From Bdellovibrionota bacterium (GTDB taxonomy: Bacteria > Bdellovibrionota > UBA1018 > UBA923), in assembly GCA_040754655.1 (NCBI GenBank), contig JBFMCE010000025.1, forward strand, positions 1 through 41,970: a DNA stretch of 41,970 bases. Reading direction: 5' to 3'. The position numbers were made by a program, and so were the translations under genes. The notes beneath the pieces are model-generated. The model was not told the origin of the DNA. It saw nothing but the letters and a program-made list of their open reading frames with translations, and ran no database searches. Each line of letters opens with the position of its first letter. Position 1 is the stretch's first letter. Of this stretch, positions 37,298 through 41,970 are shown one piece after another.

Positions 37298-38037
37298 ATG
37301 AAACAACTTAAATTGCTTAAAAATCAAAAGAGCGCCTATGGCGGTGAGCTGATGAAGACCCGTAAAGGCAGACAGGGTTCTCGTCTCCCTTGGCGACAAG
37401 AGAGAGCATGCACCTGGTGCTGCGCTCCTCAAAAGCTACCAAAGAGTGGTCGTTTACCCGCCCCAAGCATGCAGCAAAGATCAAACATCTCACCTCAAAG
37501 TTTGCGGCAAAATACGGTGTGAAGGTCTATTCAGTAGCCAATGTCGGAAACCATCTGCACTTTCATTTAAAGCTCAGCAATCGGTTTACCTATAAACCTT
37601 TTATTCGAGCTCTGACCTCAGCCATTGCGATGGCCGTGACAGGAACAAGCAGGTGGAAAAGGCCTGTGAAAGCTGCAAGAGCAGCGGCAGGGGCCAATGG
37701 CACTGCAGAGCAGCCTAAGGCAGCAGCAGCAGTGGCGAAAGCCCACCAGGCTTCGTCACCAGTGGTGTTCTTAAAGGCAGCAGCAAAGCTAGAGCTAGGG
37801 GCAGCGTTAAGCTCAAGGCCAGCGACTGATGCCGATCCCACCGCGCAGGATTCTCCTCAAAAACAAAAACTAAAGTTCTGGGATTACCGGCCGTACACAA
37901 GAATCGTGCAGAGCTTTCAGGCACTGCTGAACCTGAAAGATTACATCCGCATCAACACGCTTGAAGGTTATGGCTACAAACGAGACCAAGCCAGATTCAT
38001 CCTTGCGTGGAATCGCGCGACAAGGGGATTTGGATGA
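37298..38037 (+). pseudogene. Frameshifted HUH (Y1, IS200/RAYT-like) transposase
   Basis: N-terminus from ATG 37298 switches to the -1 frame near 37385; MHLVLRS, GNHLHFHL (HUH), KFWDYRPYTRIV, DYIRIN (Tyr). Confidence 0.7.
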
Positions 38038-38263
38038 ATTTAAGAAACCGTGCCGCAGGAGCGAACTCTATCAAAATTGAGTTTCCTCAACCTAACAAGA
38101 TTTGAGTGCCCGGTGGTCAGGGGGCCGGGCATACATAAAGGACTTTGGGTAAAGAAACGGGCAAGACTGCAAAAAAACTGCCCAGGGCTGTGAGAGGCCA
38201 AAGCCAATTTCAAATCATAGAAAAGCTTTCATGTTGAAACAGTCTTTAAAAAACCGCATGAAT

Positions 38264-40054
38264 CTAACGGCTGCAAAGAGCTTTTCTCCATCGAAGCACG
38301 CCGTCAATCAGTATGCAGAACACGCAGCCGATCATCACCACCGTCAGAGCTGAGGTTAAATATCCGTTAACCGCAGTCCCAGGATTCAGGGTGAGTTTCC
38401 AGAAATTGTCTCTGATGCTGAGAACCCCCGCGGTCACCGTAGTTGTTCCCACAAAGACCATTGGAAGCAGCGTGACCCAGATGTACCTTTTCTTTCCATG
38501 ATTGATCAGAAAAGTGGTTCCCACACAAAGCGCGATGGTTGCTAAGAGTTGGTTTGCGATCCCAAACATAGGCCAGATAGTCGAAATGCTCCCCGTGAAA
38601 ATAAAATAAGACCATCCTGCGACGACCAAGGCCGATGCCAAGATGCTTCCAGGAAGCCAGTCGGTTCGTCCCATCTTAGGCCAGACCTGACCTGCGGCTT
38701 CTTGCACCAGAAACCTCGCCACTCGCGTGCCTGTATCGATGGTCGTCAAGATGAACAAGGCTTCAAACATGATGGCGAAGTGGTACCAATACGACATGAG
38801 CTTCTGCATGAAGGGAAGCGATGAAAAAATCTGAGCCATCCCTACTGCTAAAGAAACGGCGCCGCCGGGGCGTGCCGCGATTTTTTCTCCGACCGCGGCT
38901 TCAAGTTCGGGTAAATTCACCGGACTCATGCCAAGAGTCGAGAACTTCTCGGCTGAAGTATTGATTGCGAAATAATCTTCTGGATTGAGCGCTGCCGCGG
39001 CAATGAGCGCGACAACGCCAATCAATCCTTCAAGAAGCATGGCTCCGTAACCAATCATCCTAGCGTCCGTCTCATTCTTGATCATCTTTGGAGTCGTGCC
39101 TGTCGCGACCAGGGCGTGGAAGCCCGAGATCGCCCCGCAAGCGATCGTGATGAAGACAAATGGAAAAACTTTGCCCGGGATGATGGGGCCGCCGCCTTCG
39201 GTCCATTGGCTCAACGGAGGCATCTTGAGATCAGGTCTGACAAGAAAAACAGCCACGATCAGAAATGCGATCGTTCCTAGTTTCATGTACGAGCTCAAGT
39301 AATCGCGTGGACAAAGAAGAAGCCATACGGGCAGCACGCTGGCGATGAATCCATAAGCAGCGATTGCGAGCGTGATCTCTGTTCTTTCCAAACGAAAGAG
39401 ATGTCCCCAACTTGATTCAGGAACGAACTTCCCGAAGACAACGGCTGCCAAAAGAACCGCCACGCCGAGGGCGCTTGCTCGTTTGATCGCGCGATCGGCT
39501 CCGCTGTGAATTTTGTAGATGTAAATCCCCATGCAAAACGCCAACGGAATGCTAACGGCGATCGTAAAGGCCCCCCACGAGCTTTCGGCCAGGGCATTGA
39601 CGACGGCAAGTCCAAGGCCCGCGAGCGCGATCACGACGATGAACAAAATAGCGATGCTTGTGATTGCGCCAGCGATCGGACCTATTTCTTTTTTTGCGAT
39701 CTGGGCGATGCTCTTGCCATCATGCCTGATGCTCGCGGTAAGCATCACGAAATCGTGCACAGCGCCTCCGATGACGACACCGATCACCAGCCACAAAAAG
39801 CCTGGCAAGAACCCGAATTGAGCCGCAAGCACGGGTCCGATCAATGGGCCGGCACCAGTGATGGCCGCAAAATGGTGGCCAAAGAGCACCCATCGATTGG
39901 TGGGGTAGAAGTTGTTCCCGTCATAATGCGTCGTTGCGGGAGTGGGGCGCCTGGGGTCTAGGGCAAGCACTCTGGTTGAAATGAACGCTGAGTAATAACG
40001 GTAGGCGATCGCAAAGACGCAGATGGCGCCGATTAAAAACGGAAGTACTGGCAT
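38264..40054 (-). CDS. cstA: Carbon starvation protein A (peptide/pyruvate transporter)
   Basis: [72 protein letters not shown]. Confidence 0.96.
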   Translation of the reverse strand: MPVLPFLIGAICVFAIAYRYYSAFISTRVLALDPRRPTPATTHYDGNNFYPTNRWVLFGHHFAAITGAGPLIGPVLAAQFGFLPGFLWLVIGVVIGGAVHDFVMLTASIRHDGKSIAQIAKKEIGPIAGAITSIAILFIVVIALAGLGLAVVNALAESSWGAFTIAVSIPLAFCMGIYIYKIHSGADRAIKRASALGVAVLLAAVVFGKFVPESSWGHLFRLERTEITLAIAAYGFIASVLPVWLLLCPRDYLSSYMKLGTIAFLIVAVFLVRPDLKMPPLSQWTEGGGPIIPGKVFPFVFITIACGAISGFHALVATGTTPKMIKNETDARMIGYGAMLLEGLIGVVALIAAAALNPEDYFAINTSAEKFSTLGMSPVNLPELEAAVGEKIAARPGGAVSLAVGMAQIFSSLPFMQKLMSYWYHFAIMFEALFILTTIDTGTRVARFLVQEAAGQVWPKMGRTDWLPGSILASALVVAGWSYFIFTGSISTIWPMFGIANQLLATIALCVGTTFLINHGKKRYIWVTLLPMVFVGTTTVTAGVLSIRDNFWKLTLNPGTAVNGYLTSALTVVMIGCVFCILIDGVLRWRKALCSR

Positions 40055-40079
40055 GGGCTCCCTAGTAAATAAAAAATAT

Positions 40080-40850
40080 TTATCTTTTCTTCGCGGGCGC
40101 TATGTAATGGCCCTTTTGGATCTTATCCAGGATGGAACGCAGTATTTCAAGGAACTTTTCCTGGTTATGTCCGGGAATGTTCAAGAAACGGATCCCAAGG
40201 TAGCGGATGGTGTTGTTTGTTTCAGGATTCTTTTCGAGCATCACCCTGCAGACGACGCCTTCGAAATCAAAAGAGTCAAAAGAGTCGCCGCGAGGCTCGA
40301 TCTGCCCGATGATCTGTTTGGTAGGATAGAAAAAACTCGCCTTGGGATTCTCGGTGTACAGAAGGATGCCGTTAGGTGAGATGTTCGCGATATCAAATAC
40401 GATCAGGCCATCGCTGGTGTCTACGATCGTTCTTAGAGGCATGCTCGGCACCGTGCTCCACGCGGGTATTCGCGGGTATTTTCGCAGGTAGTTCGTGGGG
40501 CAGTAGCCCTCGCGCAAGATGGCCTCGGTTAGCCTGGTGTTCTCAGCTTCATTGAGCTTGAACCTCATTCCAAGGTAAACTGCCTCTTGGGTGATTTCCG
40601 CGGTGAACTGCGCGGGCGTCGTGAAACTGAAGCGGTCTGAGGAAAGTACGTCCACCGTGACGGAGGTGTTTTCGCCGACATGATCCGTGGGATCGAAGTA
40701 CTCCCAATGCAAGGCTGAGATCCCGTAACGAGAAACCCCATGGTTCAAATAGCTGAAATCCCTGTTTAAAGCGTTAAACGTGAAATTCGAGCGGATGAAA
40801 ATCGGTGGCGGCACATGGATGATTCGCATAGCTGAATTCAATTGTAGCAT
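40080..40850 (-). CDS. PilZ-domain protein
   Basis: RKYPR (RxxxR) and NISPNG ((D/N)xSxxG) c-di-GMP-binding motifs; LGIRF. Confidence 0.8.
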   Translation of the reverse strand: MLQLNSAMRIIHVPPPIFIRSNFTFNALNRDFSYLNHGVSRYGISALHWEYFDPTDHVGENTSVTVDVLSSDRFSFTTPAQFTAEITQEAVYLGMRFKLNEAENTRLTEAILREGYCPTNYLRKYPRIPAWSTVPSMPLRTIVDTSDGLIVFDIANISPNGILLYTENPKASFFYPTKQIIGQIEPRGDSFDSFDFEGVVCRVMLEKNPETNNTIRYLGIRFLNIPGHNQEKFLEILRSILDKIQKGHYIAPAKKR

Positions 40851-40902
40851 GTCTAAAGATTCTTTTGAGTAGGTAGCCCTTTCCTATGATAAAGAGACTG
40901 CC

Positions 40903-41559
40903 GTGAAAAAGATCCTCATTTTCTCAGCAATTGGCCATCTGGGTTTTGGTCTTGTGCTTGGTCTTTGGATTTGCCCTTGGTTTGAGCGTTTGACCCCTGA
41001 TCGTAGAAGTGTCGTGGACATCGATCTCATGGTGATCTCAGGAGGCCAGGCCACGGCTACCATGGCCGCAGGCAGAGAGGCCGCGAAGAGCGAGCTCCAG
41101 AAACGAACCAAGGTTCCGCCAAAAATAGCGGATATTAAAAAGGAAAATGATCAAGAGAGCCCATCGAAATACCCGGTGAGCGCGGTAAGCGCTATTGCCG
41201 CTAAGTCTGCGGCTGAGACTCAAGCCGATCTTTTAGAGATCAACCCTGAAGCCGCAACCTCTTTGTCGCTTTCAGTGGCCGACTACCTCAGGTGGGTGCG
41301 CGACCACAATGAATCCCCGGTTTATCCTCGAATCTCGCGGATCCGGGGCGAGCAAGGGAGAGCTATCGTTAGAGTCGTCGTCGGTCAGAGGGGCTCTCCG
41401 TTAGAAGCCGTTGAGCTTGAGCAGTCTTCTGGTTTCGAGCTTCTTGACCGAGTGGCGCTCGAGGCAGCCGGGCGTTGGCATTTCCCATCGTTTCGCGGTT
41501 CCCAGCCTCGCATCACGATATTGATTCCCTTCAAGTTTGCGCTCGATGTGGCAGAATAG
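40903..41559 (+). CDS. Energy transducer TonB family protein
   Basis: N-terminal TM with SxxxH; PVYPRISRIRGEQG, SSGFELLDRVAL...WHF, IPFKFAL. Confidence 0.85.
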   Translation: MKKILIFSAIGHLGFGLVLGLWICPWFERLTPDRRSVVDIDLMVISGGQATATMAAGREAAKSELQKRTKVPPKIADIKKENDQESPSKYPVSAVSAIAAKSAAETQADLLEINPEAATSLSLSVADYLRWVRDHNESPVYPRISRIRGEQGRAIVRVVVGQRGSPLEAVELEQSSGFELLDRVALEAAGRWHFPSFRGSQPRITILIPFKFALDVAE

Positions 41560-41565
41560 TAGGGC

Positions 41566-41970
41566 ATGAGCCCTCTTTCATCTTCAAGTCTTCTGGCAAG
41601 TTTTCTAAATGCATGTTCATTTTGGCTCAGAGACCATTTTTGGGGAAGACTGCGTTTGAGGCCGGCCATCACTTCCTCTGACCGTTTGCCCAAGAGCAAA
41701 GAAGAGATTTCGTTTTATTTGATGCTCATCGAACGCGGTTTATCTGACGCGCAGAGATCCGCAGCGGATCTCGTCGTTGATGTAGGGTGCCGGAATTGGG
41801 CCTACTTTGACGCATTGAAAAAGGGGTTTTCTCAAGCTCATTTCTTAGGCGTAGAGCTCGATGGAGGGCGTCGTTACTGGAATCTTTATCGGCGTCGCGA
41901 TTACGCTGAAGGTTATGCCAGCAGTTGTGAAGCCCAATCCCGGGTCGCGCAATGCCAGTTCGGGGATTTC
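41566..41970 (+). CDS. Class I SAM-dependent methyltransferase-like protein, truncated by the window end
   Basis: Open frame from ATG 41566 to the window end (not in the ORF track); VVDVGCRNW (motif I variant), LGVELD, FGDF. Confidence 0.7.
   Translation, partial: MSPLSSSSLLASFLNACSFWLRDHFWGRLRLRPAITSSDRLPKSKEEISFYLMLIERGLSDAQRSAADLVVDVGCRNWAYFDALKKGFSQAHFLGVELDGGRRYWNLYRRRDYAEGYASSCEAQSRVAQCQFGDF

Overview
A gene-dense bacterial window of roughly 50% GC. Its gene style (many secreted hypotheticals, PilZ and REC-PilZ proteins, a short HUH transposase, sigma28-like promoters) suggests Bdellovibrionota/Oligoflexia; this is inference only. Ordinary content: msrC-ldcA-serine hydrolase operon, a subtilase, tRNA-Leu(CAA), a four-gene phosphorelay, a matrixin, two large lipoproteins, cstA, a PilZ protein, a TonB C-terminal protein and a partial SAM methyltransferase. 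The best candidate for an undescribed system is the operon at 14664-23878. A ~1985-aa signal-peptide protein fuses a divergent CCA/poly(A)-polymerase-type nucleotidyltransferase, a PARP-like ADP-ribosyltransferase domain and three ~480-aa repeats. It is coupled (ATGA overlap) to a secreted TPR protein with one intact and one degenerate zincin module, behind a sigma28-like promoter. Other notable items: a ~400-nt self-complementary intergenic element (25518-25920) preceded by a 13-nt minisatellite; an Aur1/IPC-synthase-like gene overlapping a CDP-alcohol phosphatidyltransferase by 227 bp, next to a Vps62/NPP1-like gene; and a frameshifted RAYT-like transposase with an Ala-rich insert. All domain calls come from motif recognition by eye; no database searches were run.
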